Below are positions 20,685-30,716 of a DNA stretch of 60,737 nt, one piece after another. Position numbers and translations under genes: made by a program. The notes under the pieces were generated by a model. That model did not search any database, was not told the origin of the DNA, and worked only from the letters and a program-made list of their open reading frames with translations. Every line of letters starts with the position of its first letter. Within the stretch, counting starts at the first letter, position 1. Source of the DNA: a virus (lineage: Duplodnaviria > Caudoviricetes); the IMG/VR virus record IMGVR_UViG_3300025699_000009, positions 1-60,737 of that record. One strand, 5' to 3'.

Positions 20685-21436
20685 TATGTTTGGGCATTTT
20701 GAATAGTTTCTTGAGCGGTCGCATACTGTACCACATCATTCTCTCGGATTTCCATTCCTGCTTGCTGCAATATTTTATTCACCAAGATATACTCATCATC
20801 GATAGAAAGCTCAAAGTCTTGATAGTCAGTTTGTGAATCATCAAACACAGGCTCACCCCCTGTGATAACAGAGTATGTCCATTTAGGAGCAAACGGGTAT
20901 CGAATGTATTGAGCTTGAACCTCCGTAAGGGTGTCATACGTAACCGGGTAAACCGTGATGTATGGCCCGTCAATGGTATACGCAGGATAACCTATATCCG
21001 GAGCAGTTAACAACGAAGTGTTTAAAAGTGTGATGTTGCTATGGGTCACAGGCTCGGCCTCTCCCCTCAAGGTTCGAGGAGTAGTCGTAATGTCATAGCA
21101 CAAAATCTTGTTCATCAAGTAGAAATCATCTCCCGTAGATGATGCTCCCTGCTGAGTAGAGGGCAGGTAAAACTGATTGTTCTGATAGTGCGGGAGGTCG
21201 CGAGTAACAGAGAAATAATCAATAACCTCAAGCATCTGTTTCGTCATATTCGCATAGCCCGTACCTGACGTTCTTCGATTTTCGTCGTTGATAGCTGAGT
21301 TGTATGCGGTAAAATACTCGTCAAACAGCTCTAGCTGAGCCTGCTTTGCGTACAGATTAAAATCTTGAGGCGAGATATATCCGTAATTGTTCTTGTTCAG
21401 AATTGCAAGAACTGTGTTTCTAACCGAATTAATCAT
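20684..21436 (-). CDS. Tail tubular/head-tail ring protein (250 aa)
   Basis: VLAILNKNNYGYISPQDFNLYAKQAQLELF and YIRYP..PKW motifs. Confidence 0.7.
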   Translation of the reverse strand: MINSVRNTVLAILNKNNYGYISPQDFNLYAKQAQLELFDEYFTAYNSAINDENRRTSGTGYANMTKQMLEVIDYFSVTRDLPHYQNNQFYLPSTQQGASSTGDDFYLMNKILCYDITTTPRTLRGEAEPVTHSNITLLNTSLLTAPDIGYPAYTIDGPYITVYPVTYDTLTEVQAQYIRYPFAPKWTYSVITGGEPVFDDSQTDYQDFELSIDDEYILVNKILQQAGMEIRENDVVQYATAQETIQNAQT

Positions 21437-21452
21437 AAGGAGTGCCTTTTTT

Positions 21453-21460
21453 CAAAGATA
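21453..21460 (-). promoter_or_regulatory. Bacteroidota -7 promoter box TATCTTTG
   Basis: Consensus match 16 nt upstream of the ATG at 21436. Confidence 0.55.
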
Positions 21461-21463
21461 GAT

Positions 21464-21495
21464 AAAAAAGAAAAGGAGCCACTTGGCTCCCTTTC
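21464..21495 (-). terminator. Intrinsic terminator
   Basis: GGAGCCA-AG-TGGCTCC hairpin followed by TTTTCTTTTTT on the minus strand. Confidence 0.7.
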
Positions 21496-21540
21496 CCTTA
21501 CAATAATATCATCTAAACCTTACAATGGTGCCATCGTAAA

Positions 21541-22293
21541 TTAATTTTGGTTAAGATACTTTTCTAAATGCTCTAAAACAACCACGCCTTCATCAGTAAG
21601 GAAGAACTGTTCACAAGCATGGTAAGGGTCTTCACCATACGGAACTGTCATCATCTTCTTCTTGTTGCTTGGCGTGTTGAACCAAATCTCTTTTTTGTCT
21701 CGACGGAAAGCCAAGAGTTTTTCATTAAAGAAGTTTTTGACGTTAGACTGCAATGAGAGATTAGGGTCATTGAGAATGGTCAAGAAATCTTGTGGATTGT
21801 TCTTAGCAAAAATCAAAAGGTCTCGTCGAAGCTCAGCCGTAGTTTGCGTAGATGGGTCAATCCCAAACGCCACGCGGATAATGTTTTCGACTTGCTCAAT
21901 GTCAAGCTCTCGACACGCTACAAGCGCATCCACTTCTGCGTTCAAGATTTCAACAATGTCTGATGCTTCTTTCTCAGTGTTAATCTCCTCAAACTTTTTA
22001 CCGTTGAGAGGATGCAATGCAAGAAACTCTTGAAGCAAGGGCTTGTTTTTCGGAACATACAGTTGGCCGTCTTCAAAGACAATAGGCTCACGCAATACGT
22101 TGGCATCTTGTTCGTCTTCGAAAATAGACCGCTGATTAGGAGAGTACCGCATAACGCGATTGGTTGCGGTTGCTTCCTCCCAATATAAAAGGGGCCTACG
22201 CTTACTTCCCGCAGTAGGGATAAAGTAAGAAAGGGGGGTGGCTTTTGTTGTGAGTCGATAGAACTTATCGACAGGCTTAATTTGCTTAGCCAT
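21541..22293 (-). CDS. Conserved hypothetical protein downstream of the major capsid gene (250 aa)
   Basis: Start reassigned to the ATG at 22293 (MAKQIKPVDK), because the track extension runs through the hairpin/terminator. Confidence 0.75.
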   Translation of the reverse strand: MAKQIKPVDKFYRLTTKATPLSYFIPTAGSKRRPLLYWEEATATNRVMRYSPNQRSIFEDEQDANVLREPIVFEDGQLYVPKNKPLLQEFLALHPLNGKKFEEINTEKEASDIVEILNAEVDALVACRELDIEQVENIIRVAFGIDPSTQTTAELRRDLLIFAKNNPQDFLTILNDPNLSLQSNVKNFFNEKLLAFRRDKKEIWFNTPSNKKKMMTVPYGEDPYHACEQFFLTDEGVVVLEHLEKYLNQN

Positions 22294-22314
22294 ATGAATT
22301 GAATTTGATTTGAT

Positions 22315-22348
22315 TAAAAAAAAGGGTGGGGGTTTGAACCCCCACCCT
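22315..22348 (-). terminator. GGGGGTTCAAACCCCC hairpin element doubling as terminator after the capsid gene
   Basis: AGGGTGGGGGTTCAAACCCCCACCC followed by a T-tract on the minus strand, just after the MCP stop. Confidence 0.8.
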
Positions 22349-22355
22349 CTAAACA

Positions 22356-23789
22356 TTATTCCTCAAAGATGAAGAAGTTATTAGCACCCAAGGTGCATAC
22401 TGCTCGCTCTGACAAGAAGTGTACCTCCATCGCATCCAAAGATGAGTTAGAAGCTCCACCTGCAGAACCTGTAATCCAAGTCTTGTAACGACGGTCTTCA
22501 GTTTCTGAAGCGCGGTACCGAACGTGGAGGAAAGGTCGCTTAGCGTTCTTGCCCAAGATTTGGTCATACACTGAAGTAGAACCTGCAGGAACCAACAAGC
22601 CGTTGATACGACCTGAACCTGCACCTGTTGGAAGGCCACCACGCATTGTGGGGTCATTCAAGTATTTCCAATCTGACTTGTAGAAGTCATAACCTCGACG
22701 GAATCCCGTGAAGCCAAGATTCAAAGCCATGTTCTCGTCATTGTCAAACAAGCCATATGAAGTACCGCCCGCTCCGTAAGAGTTTTGAGCAGCCAACATA
22801 TCGTCGATGTCGAAGCTGAAGTCGCGGTCAACGAAGATTACGTTCTCTTCAATTGCGCCCTGCTTGTCCAAACGGCTGATGATGGTATCAAACTCGGTAA
22901 GAGTTGTTGGGTTACCTCCATTGTAAACATTACCTCGGTTGTTTACAACATAGAATACACCTTCAGAACCCTTGTTACCTACGCCTGAAGTTACACCTGC
23001 AGCAATAGCGGCAACACCACTATTGGCTTCAGCAGGAACTGCTTCAATCATAGCTGTCTCCAAGTAGTCATCAAAACGCAAACGAGTTTCGTGCTCAGAC
23101 TTCAAGTACCACAGGTATCCTGTTGCACCATTCTCTGTAGTCACTTCTACCCATCCAATTTGCGCCATATCAGAACCTGATACTGCGTACTTGTCCTTGA
23201 TGATAATCGGAGAGTTATCGAAGATGTTGTCATCAGACTCCAATGAACCGCTCATTCCTGCTGTTCCTTTTTGGAACTCAGAACCGTAGATAAATACAGT
23301 ACGAGTTAAACCCGCTGCACCTACCTGACCGCCTCCTTCGTAGTAAGCAACATCGAAGGTACCCGCCGCAGTATCTACTGCAGTTACGATAGCCTTGTTT
23401 TCGCCTGCACCTGCGTTATCAGAGATAACGACAGTTTGACCAACGCGAACAGCGATGGAACCTGTGCCGGGGTCAAGCGTGTCGTTTACAGTGATAGTAG
23501 CCGTATCATCGGCTGCAGCACCGTCAGATGCACAGTTAACGTACTTTGTGTGGAGACGACCTTGCTCTGCCCACTTGATGAGGTCAGAGTTAGAGGGCAT
23601 CTCTGCACCTACCATACGAAGGAAAGAAGCAATTGTACGATTGCCGTATCGTTCGAATTCCTTTTCGTAAGTATCAGGAAGATACTGATTCAAGAAATCG
23701 AAATTTGTAATGTAGTTGCTCTGAAGAGCAACCTGCTCTGCGCTTGGTTGCAGAGCATACGTGGGGGTGGCGTTTACTGAACCTGCCAT
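22356..23789 (-). CDS. Major capsid protein (477 aa)
   Basis: QYLPDTYEKEFERYGNRT, WAEQGRLH and HFLSERAVCTLGANNF motifs; follows portal and scaffold. Confidence 0.88.
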   Translation of the reverse strand: MAGSVNATPTYALQPSAEQVALQSNYITNFDFLNQYLPDTYEKEFERYGNRTIASFLRMVGAEMPSNSDLIKWAEQGRLHTKYVNCASDGAAADDTATITVNDTLDPGTGSIAVRVGQTVVISDNAGAGENKAIVTAVDTAAGTFDVAYYEGGGQVGAAGLTRTVFIYGSEFQKGTAGMSGSLESDDNIFDNSPIIIKDKYAVSGSDMAQIGWVEVTTENGATGYLWYLKSEHETRLRFDDYLETAMIEAVPAEANSGVAAIAAGVTSGVGNKGSEGVFYVVNNRGNVYNGGNPTTLTEFDTIISRLDKQGAIEENVIFVDRDFSFDIDDMLAAQNSYGAGGTSYGLFDNDENMALNLGFTGFRRGYDFYKSDWKYLNDPTMRGGLPTGAGSGRINGLLVPAGSTSVYDQILGKNAKRPFLHVRYRASETEDRRYKTWITGSAGGASNSSLDAMEVHFLSERAVCTLGANNFFIFEE

Positions 23790-23807
23790 GTTTTCTAAGT
23801 TTTAAAG

Positions 23808-24962
23808 TTATGTCCTGTTTTTAGGACTGCGAATTTTGAGGCCGCTCCCCGAAGATGGAGATACGGCTCGAACTTGAAGCCCGCCTTTTTTAGAAGAGAC
23901 TTGAGGAACACCACGCTCAGACATATTTACATTTTTAGTCTTCTTCATGAGGTCATCAACAGCCTCCGCCTTGCCTTGCTCGTAAAAGAACTCGGCAAAT
24001 TTGTCGGGATTCATAGCCATTGCTAAAGAACGATGGTAAGCATGAGCATCTGTTAAAAGACCCTGTTCATCCGTAAACTTTTGAATCCACGGAAGTGGGG
24101 AGTCTTGCAACTTTCTTAGTTCATCCTTGTCCGCAGGAGAAAAAACAAAAGAGCGTTCACCAAGCTTGAATTCAAAACCTTTGAACTCATTGCTAAACAC
24201 TTGATTTGTTTTGTCCACAAACCAATCTCTTCGGCGTTTTAGGGCATCCTGCTCGTTTTTAGCGTCGGCCAAATATTGCTTAAACTCTTTATATTCTTCC
24301 GAGGTATTAAAAGATTCACCCCCCACTGACTCAGCAGGAACCTTATATTTCTCTTTAGCCTCTTCAAAATACTGCTTCGCTTTAGCAACTATTTTTTTCT
24401 GTTTTAATCGGGTCTTCTTAATAAAGTCCTCGTCATCTAATTCCTCATCGTATAGATAGTCCTGAAGCATTACTTCAAGGTCGTCGTCATCCATACCATC
24501 AGTCATCTCTGTCTCGCGCAAGTAAGCTGCAATAAGTTCTTCACTTGATAGCGAAGAGTAATCCTCATTAAGCTTCATAAAGTCCTGAATGCCTCGGCCT
24601 GTTTCTTTTTTAAACTTAAAGAAAGCGGCCATCTCTTCATCCATTTCTCCATTTTCTTCACGAGCAGCCTTGAGGTCTTCAAGAGAATTAATTTCAATTC
24701 CCAATCGTGATTTAATCTCGTTGACCAAATCAGCCTCTTCAAACTTGCTCGCTTCCTCTTGCTCAGGAGCTTCTGCCTCGACCTCTTGCGTTTTTTCCAC
24801 AGGCTGTGGTGTTTCACGCAAATCAATCTTAGCAATATTAGGGTCGTTAGTGTTTTCAGGCTCTACGAACTTAGCTTCATGAACATCAAGAAGCTCTTGT
24901 TCTTTTTCCTGCAAAGACTTTTCCTCCTTTAACTCCACGGATTTTACTTGAATACCTTCCAT
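23808..24962 (-). CDS. Acidic capsid scaffold-like protein (384 aa)
   Basis: Highly acidic coiled coil between portal and MCP. Confidence 0.7.
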   Translation of the reverse strand: MEGIQVKSVELKEEKSLQEKEQELLDVHEAKFVEPENTNDPNIAKIDLRETPQPVEKTQEVEAEAPEQEEASKFEEADLVNEIKSRLGIEINSLEDLKAAREENGEMDEEMAAFFKFKKETGRGIQDFMKLNEDYSSLSSEELIAAYLRETEMTDGMDDDDLEVMLQDYLYDEELDDEDFIKKTRLKQKKIVAKAKQYFEEAKEKYKVPAESVGGESFNTSEEYKEFKQYLADAKNEQDALKRRRDWFVDKTNQVFSNEFKGFEFKLGERSFVFSPADKDELRKLQDSPLPWIQKFTDEQGLLTDAHAYHRSLAMAMNPDKFAEFFYEQGKAEAVDDLMKKTKNVNMSERGVPQVSSKKGGLQVRAVSPSSGSGLKIRSPKNRT

Positions 24963-24977
24963 TAAATTTGATTTGTA

Positions 24978-24985
24978 CGAAAGTA
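24978..24985 (-). promoter_or_regulatory. Bacteroidota -7 promoter box variant TACTTTCG
   Basis: Near-consensus box upstream of the scaffold-MCP operon. Confidence 0.45.
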
Positions 24986-25000
24986 ACTAATTATTTCTAC

Positions 25001-27433
25001 TTAGCGTGGACTAAATTCAGCCAAATCGAAACCATCCAAACTGTCTTCGTTTGATTCAAACGAGATAGCAGGTAGGTTGTTCTTTCGTTGATTTATTAGT
25101 TGTGACTGCTGAGTGTTCTGCTGACTAATTCGATTAGCCTTAGCATCTTCACGTTGAGTCTCACGAGAACTCAACTGTGACTCAACAATATCTTTTAATT
25201 GCATCTGATAGTTAAACTCTTCAGCCATGAGCCTACTCTTCAATTGCGCTTCTGCTTCTTGCTTCTGCATCTCAAACTGAATCTCAGCCTGCTTTAGCTT
25301 CATCTTGCCCTCCATCTCCATCTGCATTTTCTGCATACTAGCTTGCTGTGCAGCTTGCTGTGCTTGAAGATTTTGCTGTGCAGCTACGGCTTGTTGCTGC
25401 ATCTGCATACGCTCTTCGCGGTCTTGCTTTGCAACACGCTTTACTTTCAGGAATTGATTTGCAAGCTTGAGATTTTTAATCTCTCGAATATCAATCGCAT
25501 CCTCAAGGTTAATATCGCCCTTGCTCAAAGCCATCTGTATGTTCTGCTCAAGTTGTGCTCTTTGCTCTTCGTCAGGCGTAACTTCAATAAAGATTCCAAA
25601 GTCGTAGATGTACAAATCGTTCATGTCCTTCAGAACGGCTACGTTGTACTTTCCGATTTGATTAACAAACTCATCCTTAAAGTCTGCATACTCTAAAATA
25701 TCACCAATACGATAGGTTAGGCTTTCTGCAAGACTTCTAAATATATACAGGCTACCATCAAGAATATGACGAGTAGCCGTGTTAGAGTTTAATGCCGCAA
25801 GTTTCTGAACACCCACCAATGAATAAGGGTCAGGAGTAGAGCCATCTCGCGCTTCATTGAGACCCGTCACGTCACGAATCATTTGAAGATAGTGGTTCAT
25901 ATTTTGAACCAACATCTGAGCTTTTCCGGAAGCACTGCTTGAGGTAAGTTGCTGAATTGGTACACGGCCTTGGTTGTATTCGCCCTCTTGCGTATAGCTT
26001 CTTCCAATAACGCTACCCGTTTGGAAAAACAAACGCAAAGCATCCGAAGGATTGTAAGCGTTTCCTGTTCCAAGGTCTACCTCGTTCAAGCCATCAGCAT
26101 CAATATAAACCCCGTCAGGAACCGTTCGTGATATAACCTGCTGCAGCTTTAGGTGAGTAATCTGAATGAGGTCGGCAAATGGTATCATGCGACGAACCAA
26201 AGATTCAATCACCCCCTTGTACAAACGAGGAGCGCAAGCAACGTAATTAGGAAGCGCGTGTTGAGATGCTGATTTAGGGCGCACCATGTTTTCAGCCATT
26301 TCCCACTTTAGCAAGATGTTTGTGCCCATAACCATCACGCCTTCATACCAAACGTCAATGGTTTTTTCAAGCTTTTCAAACTTGCCGTCCTGCATCATTT
26401 CTTCCGGCGGATTGAATTGGTCATCTTTTTCAATCACGCGCTTGTTGTCTCCATCTATTTTTTTCTTGTAGACAATCTTCTTTGTTGTCTTGTAGTTGAA
26501 GTACATTACCGTGGTAGTATCACGGTAAAAAATATCGTTGTCGTAATACTGAGCTACGTTGTAGTAGTCGTACCAACTTTGCCCTGATTTAGAAATGGTT
26601 TCCAAATCTTCATTGGTCAGGGTAGGGTCTATCTTAAGTAGCTCAATAACAGGAATCGTTTTTATCTCACCCCAATAGAAGCAGTCCTTGAAGTGAGGGT
26701 CTTCAGTATAGCTATACACCACGTTGGCAGGGTCAACATACTTTACCTCTACCCCACTGCCCTTCAAAAACTCTGTCTTTGCTACGGAGATTCCCAATAC
26801 CGTAAGGTCGTAATCAAGTCGCTTACGAAGGTCGGTATAGTGGTTCTCTTCAAGGATAGTGTTAATCGCTTCTTCCTCTGCAATCTCAATAGCAGGCTTG
26901 TACTTAAGCTGCATAAAAAGCTGAAGCTCTTCATCAGAGTTAGGCAGCTCCTCGGAAGGAACTACAAACGGGTCAACACCACTTTGTTGCTGAATGTTTT
27001 CAAGGAATGGCTTAGCTACCATCTGCCCCTCAATCAGGTCTTGGAATGCGCTACGCTTAGATTGAGATAGAGCATCCTGAGCAAAAGCTTTTACCTTGAA
27101 CAATCTTTCCGACATCCCATTGACTACGATGTCTACAAACTTTGGAAGAATCGGAACCGGAGTCCAATCAAGGTTGAGATAGGAAAGGTCTCCATCAATT
27201 GCTAACTCGTTCTTGTACTTTGCGATAGATTGTTCTCCTCTTGCATACAATCGGAGGCGATTAAAGTCTCGCCATTGATTGTAAAAGCGACATTGATTTC
27301 CATCTTTTTTGAACCATTCATACTGAATGGCTTGACCAATTTGCAACCCAAATTCGTCCGTAGCTTTTTCGGCATCCGATACAAATTGACTTGGGAAGCC
27401 CGTGGCTGATATATTTATAGTGACTTCCTTCAT
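25001..27433 (-). CDS. Portal protein (810 aa)
   Basis: SYLNLDWTPVPILPKFVDIVVNG, IRDVTGLNEARDGS and a Gln-rich C-terminal coil; follows the terminase. Confidence 0.88.
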   Translation of the reverse strand: MKEVTINISATGFPSQFVSDAEKATDEFGLQIGQAIQYEWFKKDGNQCRFYNQWRDFNRLRLYARGEQSIAKYKNELAIDGDLSYLNLDWTPVPILPKFVDIVVNGMSERLFKVKAFAQDALSQSKRSAFQDLIEGQMVAKPFLENIQQQSGVDPFVVPSEELPNSDEELQLFMQLKYKPAIEIAEEEAINTILEENHYTDLRKRLDYDLTVLGISVAKTEFLKGSGVEVKYVDPANVVYSYTEDPHFKDCFYWGEIKTIPVIELLKIDPTLTNEDLETISKSGQSWYDYYNVAQYYDNDIFYRDTTTVMYFNYKTTKKIVYKKKIDGDNKRVIEKDDQFNPPEEMMQDGKFEKLEKTIDVWYEGVMVMGTNILLKWEMAENMVRPKSASQHALPNYVACAPRLYKGVIESLVRRMIPFADLIQITHLKLQQVISRTVPDGVYIDADGLNEVDLGTGNAYNPSDALRLFFQTGSVIGRSYTQEGEYNQGRVPIQQLTSSSASGKAQMLVQNMNHYLQMIRDVTGLNEARDGSTPDPYSLVGVQKLAALNSNTATRHILDGSLYIFRSLAESLTYRIGDILEYADFKDEFVNQIGKYNVAVLKDMNDLYIYDFGIFIEVTPDEEQRAQLEQNIQMALSKGDINLEDAIDIREIKNLKLANQFLKVKRVAKQDREERMQMQQQAVAAQQNLQAQQAAQQASMQKMQMEMEGKMKLKQAEIQFEMQKQEAEAQLKSRLMAEEFNYQMQLKDIVESQLSSRETQREDAKANRISQQNTQQSQLINQRKNNLPAISFESNEDSLDGFDLAEFSPR

Positions 27434-29727
27434 CGCAATATTTCGCTAGTTGTTCCGGTGTTGCTGTATCGAGCGAAGTTAACACTAATTTTTCTTTGTT
27501 TCTTCTCAGGCAAATACAAGTGCTTTTGGTTAGCCATAATAGCCAATCCCGAACTAATGGTTGCATCATATGCCGTTCGGTTACTAATGTCAAACTTAGC
27601 CCAATCTTCAAGGGTACGAATAAATGGCATCATCCCCATCTCGTCCGACTCCCTAAAGGTTCCCTCTAAATCTATACCAACGTGCTTCTCAATGTATGAC
27701 TCAATGGCTGAAGCGTGAGCTTGCTTTACATCCTCGCTTGAGTTTGGTATGCCCCCCAACTCCTTTTCCGTTTTGGAAAGTTTAATAAATGGCTTGTCCG
27801 GTCTATTCATGCAGAACCCTCGATACCCTCTGTTTTTAAAATGGTAAAGCAATCTAGGCTTGTTATTTTCAATTAAGATGGGCATACCGTAAAAGACACA
27901 CGCCATTAACACATCTTCGAAAAATATCTCGGCAGTCTGAGGACGAGCAACATATTCAAGGAAGAACTCGTTGCTTGGCGCATCCTCCATGCTAAACTTG
28001 GTTAAGCCGTGCAAAGCTCCATTTGAACCCCCGCCACCTACAACGCCGGAAATATCATAAGAGTCACATCCGAATGCTCCTATGTGTTCATTGCCGGGGT
28101 GCTTGACTCCGTTCTTTTCATATACATTATTCTGCAACGCAGCAGATGGTGTCCATGTAATATAAAACCTTCCGCGTTTATCAGGATAAAAAACTACCTG
28201 TGTATCTCGAATACCGTTTTCCCAACGGAAAGAACCTCGCGTAACAAACTGCTCCTTAATCAATGACTCAGAGTAATCAAGCTGTTGGTATATCTTGGTA
28301 AGATTGAAAAGAGAGGATTTGCTTTCGTCTCTAAACGCATGAGATTCCGTGCGAGGAAACTGTCGGTAAAATTCGTTCAAAGCATCAGGGTCATTCTTTA
28401 AAGATTCTACCTCTGCTTCCCAATAATCTACAGCCCCTCCATAGATGGGTCGGTCATCAACACCCCTAATCTCCTTGGGTGGAGTATGAAAAACCGGATG
28501 CCCATAGCGGTCAATAAACCCTTCCATGTTGTACTCCATAGGAATAAACAGGGAATACATTCCACTTTTGGTTTGCCCGTTTTTATTTCGGGTTTCAACA
28601 TTGGAATCTTCGTAAATCTTTTTGAAGTTAGAACCACCCTTGTTTAGAGCATTAGACGTTGAACCCATCAGGCATTTCCCAATAATTCGACTACCCAATC
28701 GCAAGCACGTTTTGGTTACTCGCCAATTGTTTAGGATGTTGTTGGGCTTAATCCATTTACCGCTCTCGTCATGAACAAGGAGCAATAGCTTCTCACCATC
28801 ATAAGAGTTGTCATCCGTGTTCTTCCAATCAATCGTGGTGTCGAGTCCATCCAAATCTTGAGAGGCCACATCGTGCATATTCTTCTTCGTAATCTTGGAA
28901 GCAGGTACACGAAAAGCCAACTCAGTTTTTGGTTTATCCATACCGTCTTGAATAGGCTTGAAGAAGAAAGGCAGGCGGTTTGCAATAGGAACTACCTTGT
29001 CCGTAAACATCTTCTTTGCATCTGAACCCGTCTTAGATAAGATGCCGACCCTTGAATCTTTTGCAAGTGTCCCTGTGTTCACACATTCAGAAGACCCCAT
29101 GAAAGAAAATCCTGAACGACGAATCTTTAAGTATGTCATGCCGTAGCACCTATCGTCTGCCTTGCAAGCTTCCCAAAACAAATAGAATATTCGATTAGCT
29201 TCTCGAAAGTCAGGAGAGCCTACATCAATAGCGGCCCACTGCAAATACATATAGTGCGCCCCTGTGATGTACGTCGGAACACCTCCATTAATAAACCAAT
29301 GGCCCTGCTCTCTTAAGTTGAACTCCTCCTCGATGTAATCTACCCACTCATTCTTAAACCCGGAGGGCATATCATTCCATTGAAAGATTGATTGGATTCT
29401 GCGTAGGGGAGCAGGTAATTCTTTTTTTACCCAATAGTCCGGCTCAGGAGAAAGATTCTCAGGGGTGGGGGGAAGTGCGATATTTAATCCTGAAATATTA
29501 ATCACATCTCCTATCTGTCCGCTCTTGGATATAACTACCACATCGTATTTGTGGTTGTATCCATACAGCCAAGTTTTGGCCCGGTTCTTACTTGCAACAA
29601 CCGACCTCGGAATAAAGTTTTTTAATTCCGTGTACAGCTTATTTTTTTGCTCTTTGTTCTGCAAATCCTTGCTTGGTGTCTGTTCGACTAGAATGACCTT
29701 CGAGCAAGTTAAGCTCTTCTTGCTCAT
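27430..29727 (-). CDS. terL: Terminase large subunit (start uncertain)
   Basis: Walker A-like KIRRSGFS, Walker B LLLVHDESGKW, coupling motif GSTSN, nuclease motif GCDSYD. Confidence 0.9.
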   Translation of the reverse strand: MSKKSLTCSKVILVEQTPSKDLQNKEQKNKLYTELKNFIPRSVVASKNRAKTWLYGYNHKYDVVVISKSGQIGDVINISGLNIALPPTPENLSPEPDYWVKKELPAPLRRIQSIFQWNDMPSGFKNEWVDYIEEEFNLREQGHWFINGGVPTYITGAHYMYLQWAAIDVGSPDFREANRIFYLFWEACKADDRCYGMTYLKIRRSGFSFMGSSECVNTGTLAKDSRVGILSKTGSDAKKMFTDKVVPIANRLPFFFKPIQDGMDKPKTELAFRVPASKITKKNMHDVASQDLDGLDTTIDWKNTDDNSYDGEKLLLLVHDESGKWIKPNNILNNWRVTKTCLRLGSRIIGKCLMGSTSNALNKGGSNFKKIYEDSNVETRNKNGQTKSGMYSLFIPMEYNMEGFIDRYGHPVFHTPPKEIRGVDDRPIYGGAVDYWEAEVESLKNDPDALNEFYRQFPRTESHAFRDESKSSLFNLTKIYQQLDYSESLIKEQFVTRGSFRWENGIRDTQVVFYPDKRGRFYITWTPSAALQNNVYEKNGVKHPGNEHIGAFGCDSYDISGVVGGGGSNGALHGLTKFSMEDAPSNEFFLEYVARPQTAEIFFEDVLMACVFYGMPILIENNKPRLLYHFKNRGYRGFCMNRPDKPFIKLSKTEKELGGIPNSSEDVKQAHASAIESYIEKHVGIDLEGTFRESDEMGMMPFIRTLEDWAKFDISNRTAYDATISSGLAIMANQKHLYLPEKKQRKISVNFARYSNTGTTSEILR

Positions 29728-29926
29728 TTTCTATCTTGCTTAAGATATCAAAAGCATCGAAAATACAAAGCTTCTTAGTAGCTGCGGCGTTTTTTAAACG
29801 GTCAGCCGCAAGTTCATCCTCCGGGTCAGGCTTAATAATGTCTTCCTTAGCTACCTTGATAAGCTGCTCTACCGCTCGATAACCTGCTGCAATAACTTGC
29901 TTTTTAAGTTGCTTACTATCTATCAT
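29639..29926 (-). CDS. Small protein upstream of terL, possible terminase small subunit (95 aa)
   Basis: Position and helical character (ADRLKNAAATKKL). Confidence 0.55.
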   Translation of the reverse strand: MIDSKQLKKQVIAAGYRAVEQLIKVAKEDIIKPDPEDELAADRLKNAAATKKLCIFDAFDILSKIENEQEELNLLEGHSSRTDTKQGFAEQRAKK

Positions 29927-30486
29927 ATCACAAAGGTTATCTGATGGTCGTAGACCCGATAAAGTTTTTCGCCTTCTACGACAAATTCATATTCTGACTC
30001 AGGGGTGAATGAGACAGCCATGCCTTCTGCTATTCCCTGTGACTTCAGGTAATCATTGGGGTATTTCATAATACCCATCAATGGTTCCTCAGAAGTGGGG
30101 CGAAAGATAGAAGCATCCTTCGGAGGGATAGGTTTTACAAAACAGTATCGGTCGTGAGGGTACCACGTGCCATCCTGCTTGTACATGAAGAACTGTTCGT
30201 TATCAACCAAGAACAGCTCTTCCCACAAATGACTTTTTCCACTACGCCTTTTACCTGAGATGTCGTTATAAAACTTGAATACGTTGTGATGAACAAGAAG
30301 AATGTCGCCTTCTTTTATGGGGCCATCATATTCTAGTGGGACTGACTTTACAACGGCTAGGCGATTGGAAGCTTTGTAATTTTCTTCAGAGGTGCTTGTT
30401 ATCACCTCGGTATCGCCCATCATCTTGGTGTTGTCGTAACGCCTATTTCCAAATGGGGATGCAATAAAGCAAGTAGGAGATTGCAT
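29923..30486 (-). CDS. GroES-fold-like protein in the packaging module (187 aa)
   Basis: AVVKSVP...IKEGDILLVHHN pattern resembles the GroES beta-barrel. Start taken at the ATG at 30486, which overlaps the upstream stop. Confidence 0.5.
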   Translation of the reverse strand: MQSPTCFIASPFGNRRYDNTKMMGDTEVITSTSEENYKASNRLAVVKSVPLEYDGPIKEGDILLVHHNVFKFYNDISGKRRSGKSHLWEELFLVDNEQFFMYKQDGTWYPHDRYCFVKPIPPKDASIFRPTSEEPLMGIMKYPNDYLKSQGIAEGMAVSFTPESEYEFVVEGEKLYRVYDHQITFVI

Positions 30487-30716
30487 TAAAAGTTTAGATT
30501 GTATTCGATTGCAATGGGCATAGTATCCCGAAACTGCTTCCACAAATAAATCTCTTTATCCTTTTCAATCCAAATCAATATTGAATTGTCTTTCTCAATC
30601 TTACGAATATGATGAATCCGATACTGTCCGTTTAATACCTCCTGCCCTACGATGTAGTGCAAAGCCCCACTTTTAGAATCAGGGCCAACTGATATTTTAC
30701 GGATGTCATAAGCCAT
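30486..30716 (-). CDS. Hypothetical protein (76 aa)
   Basis: Stop-start coupled with both neighbours. Confidence 0.7.
   Translation of the reverse strand: MAYDIRKISVGPDSKSGALHYIVGQEVLNGQYRIHHIRKIEKDNSILIWIEKDKEIYLWKQFRDTMPIAIEYNLNF

Noticed and set aside
28021-28035. TTTGAACCCCCGCC half copy of the hairpin motif in terL
   Set aside because: Only one arm is present; explained by Gly-Gly-Ser-Asn codons.
29639-29650. A7 slippery run at the end of the 95-aa gene as a -1 frameshift into terL
   Set aside because: terL is in the +1 frame relative to this gene, so a canonical -1 slip would not join them.
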